In this document: positions 13,591 through 26,825 of the stretch, piece by piece | Position numbering within the stretch: the stretch's first letter is position 1 | How the letters are laid out: the number at the start of each line of letters is the position of its first letter | From: Octopus sinensis | Taxonomy: Eukaryota | DNA: 64,000 nucleotides | Assembly (NCBI RefSeq): GCF_006345805.1 | Contig: NW_021832385.1 | Coordinates: 1 to 64,000, forward strand | Direction of reading: 5' to 3' | Made by a program: the position numbers and the translations under genes | The notes under the pieces: generated by a model | Database searches by the model: none | The model's input: the letters and a program-made list of their open reading frames with translations, nothing else | What the model was told of the DNA's origin: nothing

Positions 13591-13694
13591 CTACGCTGAA
13601 GAGAAAAGAAGTTTCGGTAAGATAGAATTATTTAATATTTAATATTTAATTCTTATGCTTCCTTAAAACTTGATTTCGAAACGTACGTCCGTGT
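13591..13694 (+). ncRNA. Type I hammerhead ribozyme, family B
   Basis: Same motif; the 3' strand of stem I reads cgtg. Confidence 0.82.
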
Positions 13695-14180
13695 GATAAC
13701 TAAAAATGTATGATAGATTGCAGTCAATTCATTCTCTTACCTGTTTGTGTCTGCCTTCCAAATGCTGTTTTTACTGAGATCTCCCTTTTTAGTGGAAGAA
13801 ATAGCTATAACCCTTTGACTGCTATTTCTAAATTCGGTATGTGGTAAGGCACTCGTTGCTAAACCCTATTGCTTAGTATTACTTAAATTTTCCTCGAATG
13901 AGGCTTTTACATGCCGAAGACTACTTGGTGTAATTGATAATTTTTCCAAAATAATTAATTTCACCCTTCATTATTACGGATAACCATATTTTATCTCAGT
14001 AGATGACCACAGCATCTTGTTGGCTACACGCGGGTGGGAAGGGGCTGTTGACACAATCGTTTCATTCACAAATTGAATTCGGTGATACCAGTTGCGGATT
14101 CTAGCTCGCTCTGATACTGAGTTGAGTTGGTGCCTTCTGGTATCTCAAAATTCAATATATAATCATTTATGATTTAGTTT

Positions 14181-14282
14181 CTACGAAGAGAAAAGAAGTT
14201 TCGGTAAGATAGAATTATTTAATATTTAATATTTATTCTTATGCTTTCCTTAAAACTTGATTTCGAAACCGTACGTCCGTGG
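14181..14282 (+). ncRNA. Degenerate hammerhead, family B (CTG of the core deleted)
   Basis: ctacgaagag instead of ctacgctgaagag, and an extra C after GAAA. Confidence 0.5.
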
Positions 14283-14949
14283 ATAACTAAAAAAATGTAT
14301 GATAGATTGCAGTCAATTCATTCTCTCTTACCTGTGTTGTCTGCCTTCCAAATGCTGTTTTTACTGAGATCTCCCTTTTTAGTGGAAGAAGAATAGCTAT
14401 AACCCTTTGACTGCTATTCTAAATTCGGTATGTGGTAGGCAACTCGTTGCTAAACCCTTATTGCTTAGTATATATATATTATATATATATGTATTATATA
14501 TATATATGATATTTATATATATGATATATCTATATTATGATATATATATATATCCGGTTCCGTTTTTCAACAGAGGGAGACGTATTGCCTCTTCTCTGTG
14601 AAAAAGTTTGCATAGATCGGCGAAATAACCCCTGTAGTTGCAAAACGTAAAACTCTAAGTCATAGAGATCACTACAACACTTTGGTTTTAAAAATATTTT
14701 AAATATATATATATAAATATATACATATACACAGTAATTTTCATTTTCGCCGAAACGCACATGGTGCAAAAATAACTGAATCAAGTTATCTCCTGCAAGA
14801 AAGAAAAAAGAAGCATCTCTCTGAAAAAAATCCCGTAACCAAAAAAAAATCCAGACCACATTGTTGATTAAGTATCACTTTCATCTATTTCATATTTTAT
14901 TTATTATTCTATTTTATCCTTCACTTAGGCCCACATCTTAGTTAAAGTT

Positions 14950-16650
14950 GCGATCGTCATTTTGTTTGTTTACATTTTCAATATCTGTTCTCGATATATA
15001 ATTTTTCAGATACTCTATCTTCTAATTAGCCTTAGATTAAATTAAATAACGTTAATATTACCCACACTCTAATTAATTTTTGTTTGTTTACATTTTCAAT
15101 ATCTGTTCTCGATATAATAATTTCTCAGATACTCTATCTCTAATTAGCCTTAAGATTAAATTAAATAACGTTTAATTATTGATAACGTCTAATTAGCCTT
15201 AAGATTAAATTAAATAACGTTAATATTGTTTTATATTGTTAATAATTATTGTAATTAGCCTTAAGATTAATTAATAACGTTTAATATTGTTTTAATTGTT
15301 AATAATTTTTCAGATACTCTATCTTCTAATTAGCCTTAAGATTAAATTAAATAACGCTTAATACTACCCACACTCTAATATAATTTTTGTTGTTTACATT
15401 TTCATATCTGTTCTCGATATAATAATTTTTCAGATACTCTATCTTCTAATTAGCCTTAAGATTAAATAAATAACGTTTAATATGATACCGTCAAATTAGC
15501 CTTAGGATTAAATTAATAACGTTTAATATTGTTTAATATTGTTAATAATTATGTTAATTAGCCTTAAGATTAAATTAAATAAAGTTTAATATTGTTTTAA
15601 TATTGTTAATAATTTTTCAGATACTCTATCTTCTAATTAGCCTTACGATTAAATTAAATAACGTTTAATATTACCCAACCCTTAATATAATTTGTTTGTT
15701 TACATTTTCAATATCTGTCTCGATATAATTTTTCAGAAGATACCCTATCTTCTAATAGCCTTAAGATTAAATAAATAACGTTTAATATTAATAACGTCTA
15801 ATTAGCCTTAGGATTAAATTAAATAACGTTTATATTGTTTTAATATTGTTAATAATTATTGTTAATTAGCCTTAGGATTAAATTAAATAACGTTTAATAT
15901 TGTTTAATATTGTTAATAATTATTGTTAATTAGCCTTAAGATTAAATTAAATAACGTTTAATATTGTTTTAATATTGTTAATAATTCTTCAGATATTCTA
16001 TCTTCTAATTAGCCTTAAGATTAAATTAAATAACGTTTAATATTACCCACACTCTAATATAATATTAACATTGCTAATATATTTTCAGATACTCTATCTC
16101 CTAATTAGCCTTAAGATTAAATAACGTTTTTACCCACACTCTAATATAATATTAATATTGCTAATATATTTTCAGATACTCTATCTTCTAATTAGCCTTA
16201 AGATTAAATTAAATAACGTTTAATATTACCCACACTCTAATATAATATTAACATTGCTAATATATTTTCAGATACTCTATCTCCTAATTAGCCTTAAGAT
16301 TAAATAACGTTTTTACCCACACTCTAATATAATTTAATATTGCTAATATTTTCAGATACTCCATCTCCCTTAGCCTTAAGATTAAATAACGTTTTTTTTT
16401 ACCCACACTCTAATATAATATTAATATTGCTAATATATTTTCAGATACTCTATCTCCTAATTAGCCTTAAGATTAAACAACGTTTTTACCCACACTCTAA
16501 TATAATATTAATATTGCTAATACATTTTCAGATACTCTATCCCCTAATTAGCCTTAAGATTAAATAACGTTTTTACGTTTTTTACCCACAAATTTAATAT
16601 TGTTAATATTTCTTTTTCAAGTACTCTATCTTCTAATTAGCCTTAATATC
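14950..16650. repeat. AT-rich complex minisatellite directly upstream of LINE ORF1
   Basis: Repeated core CAGATACTCTATCTTCTAATTAGCCTTAAGATTAAATTAAATAACGTTTAATATT with variable linkers. Confidence 0.92.
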
Positions 16651-16707
16651 TTCCTGTCTTCTCTCGAACATAATTAGATAGATAAACGGATAGACGGATT
16701 ATCCAGC

Positions 16708-17605
16708 ATGTCCAGAGCATGGAGACCTGACGAGCTGGATTTATTCGTACAAGCATGGGAGTGCGTCGGCGGAGATAGCCCAGCGAGGTGATTGCGGCTG
16801 CGCTGAAGAGCAGAGGCTACAAGAGGACAGCGGCTCAGATGGAGCGAAAGAGACGGGAATTCGTGCGCTCATATGCGCTTGTACGGTCGCACATTGGCGC
16901 ACTTGATGCCATCTTTGAGAACGAGCGGGGCAAAGATGGCAAGAATGGAGACGATGAAAGAAGTCACCCCCACCTGGTGGACGCCCGGGAGGAGGTTTTG
17001 AATGAGAAACCTGCCCGGGAAGTGAACCAGGTGCAAGTTCTCCAACTGGCAGCAAGGCCATGGAGACGGAGAACCCGGAAAGAGGTAGAGAGAGGAAGAA
17101 GAACTAAAAGAAGGACTGGAAGAGCTAAAGGAAAGAAAAAGCTCAAGCGACCAAGGGTGAAACAACCAGGAATAGAAGTGGAACCGCAAAGGATGGAACC
17201 AAACAGCGCACACGGTGTGTATGTTCTACCTGAGAGTCCTGCTGTCATGGAAAGGAAGGTGCAGGCTGCCGCTTTGCACATCGGGGACCCTGCCACAGAG
17301 ACACGAGGCAGATGGACAAACCATCAACACAAAGAAAAGAGATGGACCGCGCACACACTGCCCAAAGCGGAGGTACGCAGATGTTGTGCGCGCCACAAAC
17401 CGCCAACATGATGTTGTCGAAGAGCAGCTGCTGAGCACAACATCTTTTTGTGCATGGCACAAAAGATATACAGCAGCTGACCTGGCTTCATCAACCCAAG
17501 CCCGCAGGTGGGACTACCCACTATATACCAGACCACCACAGCAAACAGACACAGGATGGACACCGCCGGCAACAACATCCACCTCACCTCGATGCTCCTA
17601 CTGTA
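16708..17605 (+). pseudogene. LINE ORF1: Myb/SANT-like N-terminus, charged linker, CCCH zinc finger (frameshifted)
   Basis: MSRAWRPDELDLFVQAWEC...VIAAALKSRGYKRTAAQMERKRREFVRSY. A zinc-finger remnant CMFYLR at ~17218 is homologous to CRFYLRGTCWHGEEGAGCRFAH of copy 2. Confidence 0.75.
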
Positions 17606-20523
17606 CATCAGAGGACGCAAACACTCAGTAACAGGACAAAGATCCCGTTCCTGAGAGACTTTGTTGCATGCCAATCAAGCCTTATGCATAGCACTTACAG
17701 AAACGCACCTGAAACCGGACATAGCAGATGCGGATTTACACATACCACAGTATGCTGTACTACGGACCGACAGGAAAGAAAGGAGTCATGGAGGTGTTGC
17801 TATGTACATCCGTGAGGACCTCACACCCCAGGTCCTCTTGTCATACTCAAACTCGGTGTGTGACACACTAATTGTACATATTAGGCAACTTGATGTAGTT
17901 GTGTGTGCTACATATCGCACTCCAGATGCCCCAAGCCATGTGGGCAAGTTTGAAGACTGCCTTATAAAAATAGAAGAATTCTCTAACCACATTAGAACAA
18001 CACTATAGGTGTGCTTCTTATGGGAGACTTCAATCTGCCCAATGTCAGATGGCCCGAGGGCCTTTCTCTCCAGGAATGACAAGATGTGAACGAGGACAGG
18101 CGAGGTCCCTCCTGAACCTCATCACACCCTTGTACATGGAGCAGGTAATACTCCAACCACCAGGGCAGGTAACACACTGGATCTCTGCTTCACAAATGAC
18201 ATGGATCTCATCCATAATGTGAAAGTGACACCGACACTACTCTCGGATCACAACATGATAGAGCTGACCATGTACGGGCCAAAAGAGAGCACGGACATGC
18301 AGCCTACAAGAAACCCTCAAATCTTTCCAGCTTGAACTACCATAAGGCAAACTGGAAACAAATTGAGAAAGAGATCCTCAAACAAAACTGGCCTAAATGT
18401 CTCTCCTCGCCAGACATCGACGTGAACTTCAACAATTCATGTCTGTAATGCAAGCCATATGCTACAAATGTGTCCCAGAGAGAAAGGCCACTGTACACAA
18501 GAACAAAATCCCCAGAGAGAGGAAAATTTTAATGAGACGGCGTACGAAATTTTCAAATCGCCTAAACAAACAAATTGAAAGCAGTGAAAAGTCCCGCCTA
18601 AAATAAAACTGTTGGAAACGAAAAATGTCTGCAACTCTCCCATGAAAAAGAAAGAGCAGACAAAGAAGCCTGGGCTATAGAAAACATAAAATCTAACCCC
18701 AGAGCTTTCTACAGGTATGCCAAAGAAACAGCTACAGTGCACTGTAGAATAGGGCCACTCCTCGAAAGGATGGCACACTTACAGGAAAACCAATGAGGGT
18801 AAGTGAAATACTGAATGAGCAATTCAAGAGTGTTTTCACTGCACCCCTTGGGCATCTCCAAATCACCAATCCAACTGACTTTTTTACCACTGCAGATATA
18901 AAATCAGAGGCGGCGACGATAGATTACATCGATATAAAGGAGACGATGTAACCAAGGCTATAGATGAAATGAAAACAGACTCAGCTACTGGCCCCGATGG
19001 ATTCCCGGCAATCCTCCTAAAAGCATGTAAGAGAGTCCTAGCAAGACCACTGCAGTTCCTCTTTCAGAGCTTCCTTGCAGCTGGCAAACTTCCAGGAAAC
19101 TGAAGGAAGGTAAAATATGCCCCATTCATAAAGGAGGTAGCAGAGCGGAAGCCAAGAACTATACCTATCTCTCTGACCTCACACATCAGCAAGGTCATGG
19201 AACGAATAGTCAGAAGGAAGCTGATCACCTCCTTGAAGAGAATGACTTGCTGCCCGACACCCAACATGGTTTCCGACCAGGGAGAAGCTGTTTACCTCAG
19301 CTCCTACAACACTATGACTGGGTGCTGAAACGGCTGCTCAACCACTCAAATGTGGAAGTGATATATCTCGACTTTGCAAAGGCCTTTGATAAAGTCGATC
19401 ATGGAATGATAATGTCACAAACTGCGTGATCTCAACATAGTTGGAAAACTGGGAGAATGGCTTCATGACTTTCTGAAGGATAGAAGTCAATGGGGCCACT
19501 TCCATTAACACGCAAATAGTGAGCGGTGTTCCGCAGGGCACTGTTTTGGGACCACTACTGTTCATAATGGCCCTCTCAGACATGCCCTCAGCCACGCGGA
19601 GAGCCACGATCACAAGTTATGCAGATAATACAAAAGTTTCACAGGCAATACAGAACCCTGAGGACACTAAGCACCTGCAATGTGAGCTGGACGAATAATA
19701 CAAGTGGGCTGAAAAGAATAGCATGCAGTTCAATGCTGAAAAGTTTCAAGCTTTATACTATCAGCATGCAAAACTGATGCAATACCCAATGAATACACTG
19801 GACCCGAGGTTGCAATCCCAGAGGCACAATCAGTGCGTGACCTGGGTATTCACATGAGTGATGACGCGACCTTTCATGTACATGTTGCTAACTGACAATG
19901 AAATGTAGACGCTGCCTGGATGGATTCTTAGAACCTTTAGAACAAGAGAACAAGAAACCATGATGGTCCTCTGGAAGACACTTGTCCTAAGCCACTTTGA
20001 CTATTGCTCTCAGATATGGTCACCATCCAGTGTCAAGTTGATCACAGAACTTGAGGCGATCCAACGAAGCTACACGAAGAAGATAGCCTCTATGCAGAAT
20101 GTAAGCTACTGGAAAAGACTCAAGAGATTAAAATTATATTCCCTGGAGCGTAGGCGGGAAAGATATGCCATAATATACATCTGGAAGATCCTGGAGGGAA
20201 GTGTCCTGAACTTTGGCATCGAGAGTTACGCAAATGCCAGAACTGGGCGCCACTGCGTGGTGCCTAGGACTCCAAACCTGCCATCAAGATGTAGGACAAG
20301 ATTCTGTGATAGCCTGGGCTTCCGAGGCCCACAGCTCTTCAATATCCTCCCGAAGAACCTGAGAGACCTGCATGGGGTGGATACAGATGTCTTTAAAATG
20401 AAGCTAGATCTCTTCCTGTCAGGTGTCCCAGATGAACCAACTTCACGGCAGGAGGGGCAGATGAGGGCAGCTACATCGAACTCTCTCATGCATCAAATAG
20501 CAGTTGCTAGAAAGCCCCCATGA
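17450..20523 (+). pseudogene. LINE ORF2 (APE endonuclease + reverse transcriptase), many frameshifts, YADD changed to YADN
   Basis: ORF fragments 17661, 18397, 19247 and 19960; tatgcagataat at 19618. Confidence 0.9.
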
Positions 20524-20617
20524 AGTGAAACCAAGTAGCAACACCAAATGGCGGTGCCCCAGCATGGCCACAGCTCATAAGCTGAAACTAGAATCAATCA
20601 ATCAATCAATCAATCAT

Positions 20618-20736
20618 ATATATATATGATATTTTATATATATATGTTATATATATATGATATATATATATATATATATATTATAGATATATGATATTTA
20701 TATATATATGATATATATATATATGATATATATATA

Positions 20737-20771
<35 letters not shown>

Positions 20772-20772
20772 A

Positions 20773-20803
<31 letters not shown>

Positions 20804-21008
20804 ATATATATATGATTATATATATATTTTATCTATATATTATAAATGAATATATATATCTATATATATATATATATAGATATATATATATATATATGAT
20901 ATATATTATATGATTATATATATATAGGATATATATAATATATATATATATGATATATTATTATATATATATAGATATATGATATATATATATATAATGT
21001 ATATATTG

Positions 21009-21040
<32 letters not shown>

Positions 21041-21110
21041 ATATGTATAATATATATATATGATATATATATATATATATAATATATATATATGATATTT
21101 ATATATATAG

Positions 21111-21150
<40 letters not shown>

Positions 21151-21331
21151 GATATATATATATATGATATATATATATATATATAATATATATACACATA
21201 TGAATATATATATATAATATATATATATGTTATATATATATATTATATATGATATATATATATATAATATATATATAATATATGATATTATATGATATAT
21301 ATATATATGATATATATATATGCTGATATAT

Positions 21332-21363
<32 letters not shown>

Positions 21364-21815
21364 ATATGATATATATATATGTATACATATATGATATATA
21401 TATATATATATCAATATATGATATAATATATATATATGATATATATATATATATATGATATATATATGTATATGATATATATATATATGATATATATATA
21501 TATAATGATATATATAATGATATATATATATATATATGATTAATATATTGATATATATATATATATGATATATAATATATATGAATATATATATTATATG
21601 AATATATATATATGATATATATTATATATATATATATGATTATATATATATATATATATATGATATCTATATATATGTATATAATATATGATATATAATA
21701 TATATGATATATATATATATATATGATATATATATATGTATATGATATATATTTATATATGATATATATATATATATGATATATATACATATATATTTAT
21801 ATTATATATATATAA

Positions 21816-21869
<54 letters not shown>

Positions 21870-22016
21870 ATATATATATGAAGATATATATATATAGATA
21901 TATAATGATATATATATATATGATAATATTTATATATATATATGATATATATATATATATGATATATATATATATATATATGATATATATATATGATATA
22001 TTATATATATTATATG

Positions 22017-22047
<31 letters not shown>

Positions 22048-22290
22048 TATATTATATCATATGTATAACATATATATATGATATTATATATATAGATATA
22101 TCATATATATATTTATATGATATATATATATGATATTATATATATATATATATATATATATGATATATATATATATATATGATATATATATATGATTATA
22201 TATATATATGATATATATATATATATACATATATATATGATATATATATTTATATGATATATTTATATATATAATATATATATTTATATG

Positions 22291-22321
<31 letters not shown>

Positions 22322-22413
22322 ATATATATGATATAGTATATATGATATATATATATGATATATATATATGTATATGATGTATATTTATATATGATATTAT
22401 ATGTAATGATATA

Positions 22414-22452
<39 letters not shown>
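20618..22452. repeat. ~1.8 kb (TA)n microsatellite with TGA interruptions
   Basis: Direct reading. Confidence 0.97.
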
Positions 22453-22454
<2 letters not shown>

Positions 22455-22458
<4 letters not shown>

Positions 22459-24336
22459 GTTTAACACACTCATATATACTATATTAATATTTATTTACTT
22501 TTTTGAAAGAGTGTATTTTATAAATATGTGTATGGGATGATATGTGTGAATGTATATTTTATATATATTTTATATATATATATATTTTTATGTTTGTATA
22601 TGTATTTATTTAATCATTTATTGAGAGTCGGATTGAATATATTTGTGTATATATCGAGTTTTGTACGTATGTATATGTATGTGTGAGTGTGTATATGGTT
22701 ATGTTTGTGGGTGTGTGTACATATGTGTGTGTATTTGTGTGTATTGTGGATTTGGTAAGGTGGTTTATCTTTATATTTGTATGTATGGATTTCATTTATC
22801 ATGATTTTTTATTACGAATTTTTTAGTATTTTGTTGTTCTTGGTAGTTTTTTTATTGGGTATTGTTTTGTAGCCATTGATACGTATATTTAGATGTCTAG
22901 GAGAGTGTCCGTGAATATGCATATTATGGGTGTGTGTGCATGTGTGCGCGTGTATAAGTGCATGTGTAGATGTGGGAGTGCATGATTGCTATGTAAAAGT
23001 GTGTGCTTGTGTATGCACTTGTATACATGCATGATTGATGTGCGTGAGATTGCACCCATTTTTTTAGGGATATTTATATTTATTTATTTGTATGGGTGTG
23101 GGAGTGAATATCTTGATGTATATATCGAGGTTTGTACGTATGTATATGTATGTGTGAGTGGAGTGGGTATATGTATATGTAGTGGGTGTGTGTTTTACGT
23201 GTGTGTATTTGTGTGAGAATGTATAGATAGGGGGATTGCTATATAGGTATGTTATAGTGTTTAGTAAAGGGAGATTTTATCGTTATATGTATATATGAGT
23301 TTTCGTTTATCAAGGTAGTTTTATTAAAGAATTTGTAGTAATTTCTGTCTGTTTAAGTGTTTAACATATTATTCCATTTATTCCATTCATAATTTTAAAT
23401 AACGTTCGTTCTCCACGCGCAAAGAATTTTATAATTCCATTCTGTTCCATTCATAATTTTAAATGACGTTCGTTCACCGAGCTAAGAATTTTTATAAATA
23501 TGTTCGGTTTCTATGGTAACGTAATTTTGTTTAAAGTTATAACGGCTAGAGTTTGAATTCACTTCATAAATTAAAACAGATTAGGAGGTATGTATTTTTT
23601 TCTCCTTATGTTAATCTTGTTACTTATATGTTAATCTGGTTACTTATGGAGTATTTTATATATCGTATTATGTGTAGATATGTTGTTTTTCTTTTGAGTG
23701 TTTATGTAGGTGTGAATGTGTCTGTGTGTGCGTATTTGGTTGTGTAATTTATTTATCTATATGGGTGTGGGTGTGAATATATTGTTGTATATATCGAGTT
23801 TAGTACGTATGTATATGTATATGTGAGGGGGTATATGTATATGTTATGGGTGTGTCTTTTACGTGTGTGTATTTTTGTGTGTGAATGTATTATGGGGATT
23901 GCTATATAGGTATTATTGTGTATGGTAAAGGGTGTTTTATCATTATATGTATATATGGGTTTCATTATCATGATTGGTTTATTAATGATTTTGGAGTAAA
24001 TTCTGTATATTTACGTTGATTAAGTATTATTCCATCCATTTTTCATTCATGATTTTAAAAAAACGTTCGATCCCACGCGCAAAGAATTGTTTATTTTTCT
24101 TTTGAGTGTTTATGTATGTGTGAGTGTGTGTGTGTGTGTGTGATTGTTTGCGTAATTTATTTATCTGTATGGGTGTGGGTGTGAATATATTGGTGTATAT
24201 ATCGAGTTCTGTATGTATGTATATGTATGTGTGAGCGGGTATATGTATATGTTTATGACTGTGGGTTTGTATGTGTGTGAGGGAGTATGAATAAGTAATG
24301 TGTTGAAGTATTGGCTATTTTTTAATTTATTCATTT
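22455..24336 (+). repeat. TG-rich imperfect internal repeats, probably PLE UTR sequence continuous with the downstream pLTR
   Basis: The block tatatcgagt..gtacgtatgtatatgtatgtg recurs near 22650, 23120, 23790 and 24198. aacgttcg..ccacgcgcaaagaatt recurs near 23400 and 24062. Confidence 0.6.
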
Positions 24337-24689
24337 ATCGTTGCATAGACGTTTTTATGTGTATGTATAGATATATATATATATTGGTGTGTGAGTTAGT
24401 GTATGTATTTAGATATGGTTATATATATTTAGTTATATGTGTATGAGCATGTGTGTATATATAGTTTATTTATTTATTTTTTTATTTAAAAAATTTTTTT
24501 TTTGTACATCTTTAAATATGAGAACTTTAATAATAAGTTTCTTTATATTCAATTGTTTATAGGGTTTATTTTAGATTATATATTGATTATATATAGATTA
24601 TATATAGATTATATATATTTATATTTTTCATTGATAATTTTATTATTTTAAACTTATATTTTAATATATTGATATTTTAGATCGAAAAT

Positions 24690-24732
24690 CCACCTGACGA
24701 ATGTCATTGAAGACATGAAACGATTGTAGTGG
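24690..24732 (+). ncRNA. Type I hammerhead ribozyme, family F
   Basis: ccac CTGACGA atgtc-attgaa-gacat GAAA CGATTG TA gtgg; stems I and II are perfectly paired. Confidence 0.9.
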
Positions 24733-24966
24733 CGGTTTATTTCTTTATATTAAAAATTTTTATGTATTGATTAAGTCTTTCCTTGTTTGTTTTGCAAAGT
24801 AGTGGTTTTGTCTCGAATTAATATTATATAATATTTTACTATAAAATTGGATTTAATCCTAAATATGATTTTTCCCTGTAAATTTGGATTTATTCCCTAA
24901 TATTTATTATTATTTAATATATTGATAATTTTGTATATTGAGTGTAATACCTCAATTTCGTAAATT

Positions 24967-26532
24967 ATGGAATTTACAGGTAAGATAGAACCGCTATTTT
25001 GGGATTCATCTTTGAAAGATATTCCTATACCTTCTAGAAAGGAATTTATTTTGAAATTTATTAATAATGTTAAAGGTTTTATTTCTAGAATTAAATGGAA
25101 AGCTTATTACTATGATTTTTATTTATTTAATGATAATGATAGTAGGAATGATAATTTTACCTCTAAATTTAAATCTAGAAAGGAGCCTCCACTTAATAAA
25201 GATTTACAATTACTAGAAGATAATATATGGAAGGTAGTAAAAAATATTGAATTCTATAAATACCCAAATAGAAATAATGAATATTTGAGAAACTTAGCAA
25301 TTAAAATTAAAGATATGAGAAATATGGATGGTATTATAGTACAATCTGATAAAACTAGGAATCTATATAAATTAGATGTTAAATTATATGATAAACTCTT
25401 AGGGAAAGAAATAATTAAAAAATATAAAATTGTTCCAGATTATATACTTTATAATATTAATAAGGCCTCTAAATTAGTAATGTTAAAATATGAATTGGAT
25501 AATAAAACTGAACCTTATGTACCTTTGCACCTTAGAATTACTCTTAAAGACCATAAAGATAATTTTTATTCAGACCCTAAAGTTAGATTAATTTGCCCAT
25601 GTAAATCTGACCTAGGTAAATTAAGTAAATTTATTTTAGATAAATATATCAATAAATTAAATAAACTTAATTATTTAAAATTATGGTTTAGTAATAACAA
25701 TACATTGAAATGGTTTAATAATATTAAAGATAAAAATCGTTATAAATTTATTCAAATAGATATAGATAATTATTATTCTTCTATTAATGAAATTGTGTTT
25801 AATAAAGCACTTATTTTCGCAATGAATAAAGTGGGAATGTCAATTGAAGAAGTTAATGTAATTAAAATGGCTAGGAAATCGCTCATTAAATATAAAAATA
25901 AATTATGGTCTAGGAATGATACTAGAGATTGTTTTGATATACCGATGGGAGCACCAGATTCTGCACAAGCTACTGATTTAGTAGGTATTTTTCTTTTATC
26001 TGAACTCCAATTAGAAAATCTTAAGATAGAGGGTGGCTTATATAGAGATGATCTTCTACTAATTACAAAGAATTGTACTAATAGGAATCTAGAAGTATAT
26101 AAGAAGAAACTATATAGTTTCTTTAAAAGATATGGTTTAAGTATTACTATATATAAGGAGAATTATAATGTTAATTATTTAGATGTTAATTTTAATCTAA
26201 TTACAGGTAAAACACAACCATATCATAAAATTAATGTGAACCTTAGATATATAAATGTTAATAGTAATCACCCACATTCTATAAAAAAATCGTTGATTAA
26301 TAATATAAGTAAACGTATTTCATTACTCTCTTATGATATAGAGATTTTTAATAAACATGCTACTTATTATAATGAGGCCCTTAGAGGGGCAGGTTATAAT
26401 AGGAATATTAAATTTTATAATATTAAGGATACAGATTTAACTAATAATTTTCAAGATAATTATAATAATATATATAATCGTTGCATAGACGTTTTTATGT
26501 GTATGTATAGAGATATATATATTGGTGTGTGA
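24967..26532 (+). CDS. Penelope-like reverse transcriptase, 521 aa, uninterrupted but lacking the GIY-YIG domain
   Basis: SLKDIPIPS, SDKTRNLY, TLKDHKDNF, QIDIDNYYS, FDIPMGAPDSAQATDLVG, GGLYRDD, NYLDVNF, SNHPHSIKK. Confidence 0.92.
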   Translation: MEFTGKIEPLFWDSSLKDIPIPSRKEFILKFINNVKGFISRIKWKAYYYDFYLFNDNDSRNDNFTSKFKSRKEPPLNKDLQLLEDNIWKVVKNIEFYKYPNRNNEYLRNLAIKIKDMRNMDGIIVQSDKTRNLYKLDVKLYDKLLGKEIIKKYKIVPDYILYNINKASKLVMLKYELDNKTEPYVPLHLRITLKDHKDNFYSDPKVRLICPCKSDLGKLSKFILDKYINKLNKLNYLKLWFSNNNTLKWFNNIKDKNRYKFIQIDIDNYYSSINEIVFNKALIFAMNKVGMSIEEVNVIKMARKSLIKYKNKLWSRNDTRDCFDIPMGAPDSAQATDLVGIFLLSELQLENLKIEGGLYRDDLLLITKNCTNRNLEVYKKKLYSFFKRYGLSITIYKENYNVNYLDVNFNLITGKTQPYHKINVNLRYINVNSNHPHSIKKSLINNISKRISLLSYDIEIFNKHATYYNEALRGAGYNRNIKFYNIKDTDLTNNFQDNYNNIYNRCIDVFMCMYRDIYIGV

Positions 26533-26825
26533 GTTAGTGTATGTATTTAGATATGGTTATATATATTTAGTTATATGTGTATGAGCATGTGTGTATATAT
26601 AGTTTATTTTTATTTTTATTTTTTTTTTTTGTACATCTTTAAATATGAGAATTTTAATAATAGGTTTCTTTATATTCAATTGTTTATAGGGTTTATTTTA
26701 GATTATATATTGATTATATATAGATTATATATAGATTATATATAGATTATATATATTTATATTTTTCATTGATAATTTTATATTTTAACTTATATTTTAA
26801 TATATTGATATTTTAGATCGAAAAT

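Larger units (their letters stand above)
11512..14469. repeat. Fold-back tandem array B: ~595 bp monomer, ~1.9 copies minus-sense then ~3 copies plus-sense, one hammerhead per monomer
   Basis: Hammerheads start at 11805 and 12401 (minus) and at 12998, 13591 and 14181 (plus). The inversion junction is at ~12660. (TA)n flanks both sides. Confidence 0.95.
14553..20617 (+). mobile_element. Probably full-length CR1/L2-group LINE (copy 1): long 5' region, ORF1, APE-RT ORF2, (ATCA)n tail
   Basis: ORF1 starts at ATG 16708. APE motifs (IALTETHL, GGVAMY, GDFN, SDH) and RT motifs (QHGFRPGRSC, YLDFAKAFDKVDH, GVPQGTVLGP) follow. Tail at 20593-20617. The 5' boundary is inferred from the (TA)n edge. Confidence 0.85.

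Noticed and set aside
14950-16650. Repeat-spacer appearance suggesting a CRISPR array
   Set aside because: The linkers are themselves repetitive, there are no cas genes, and the context is eukaryotic.
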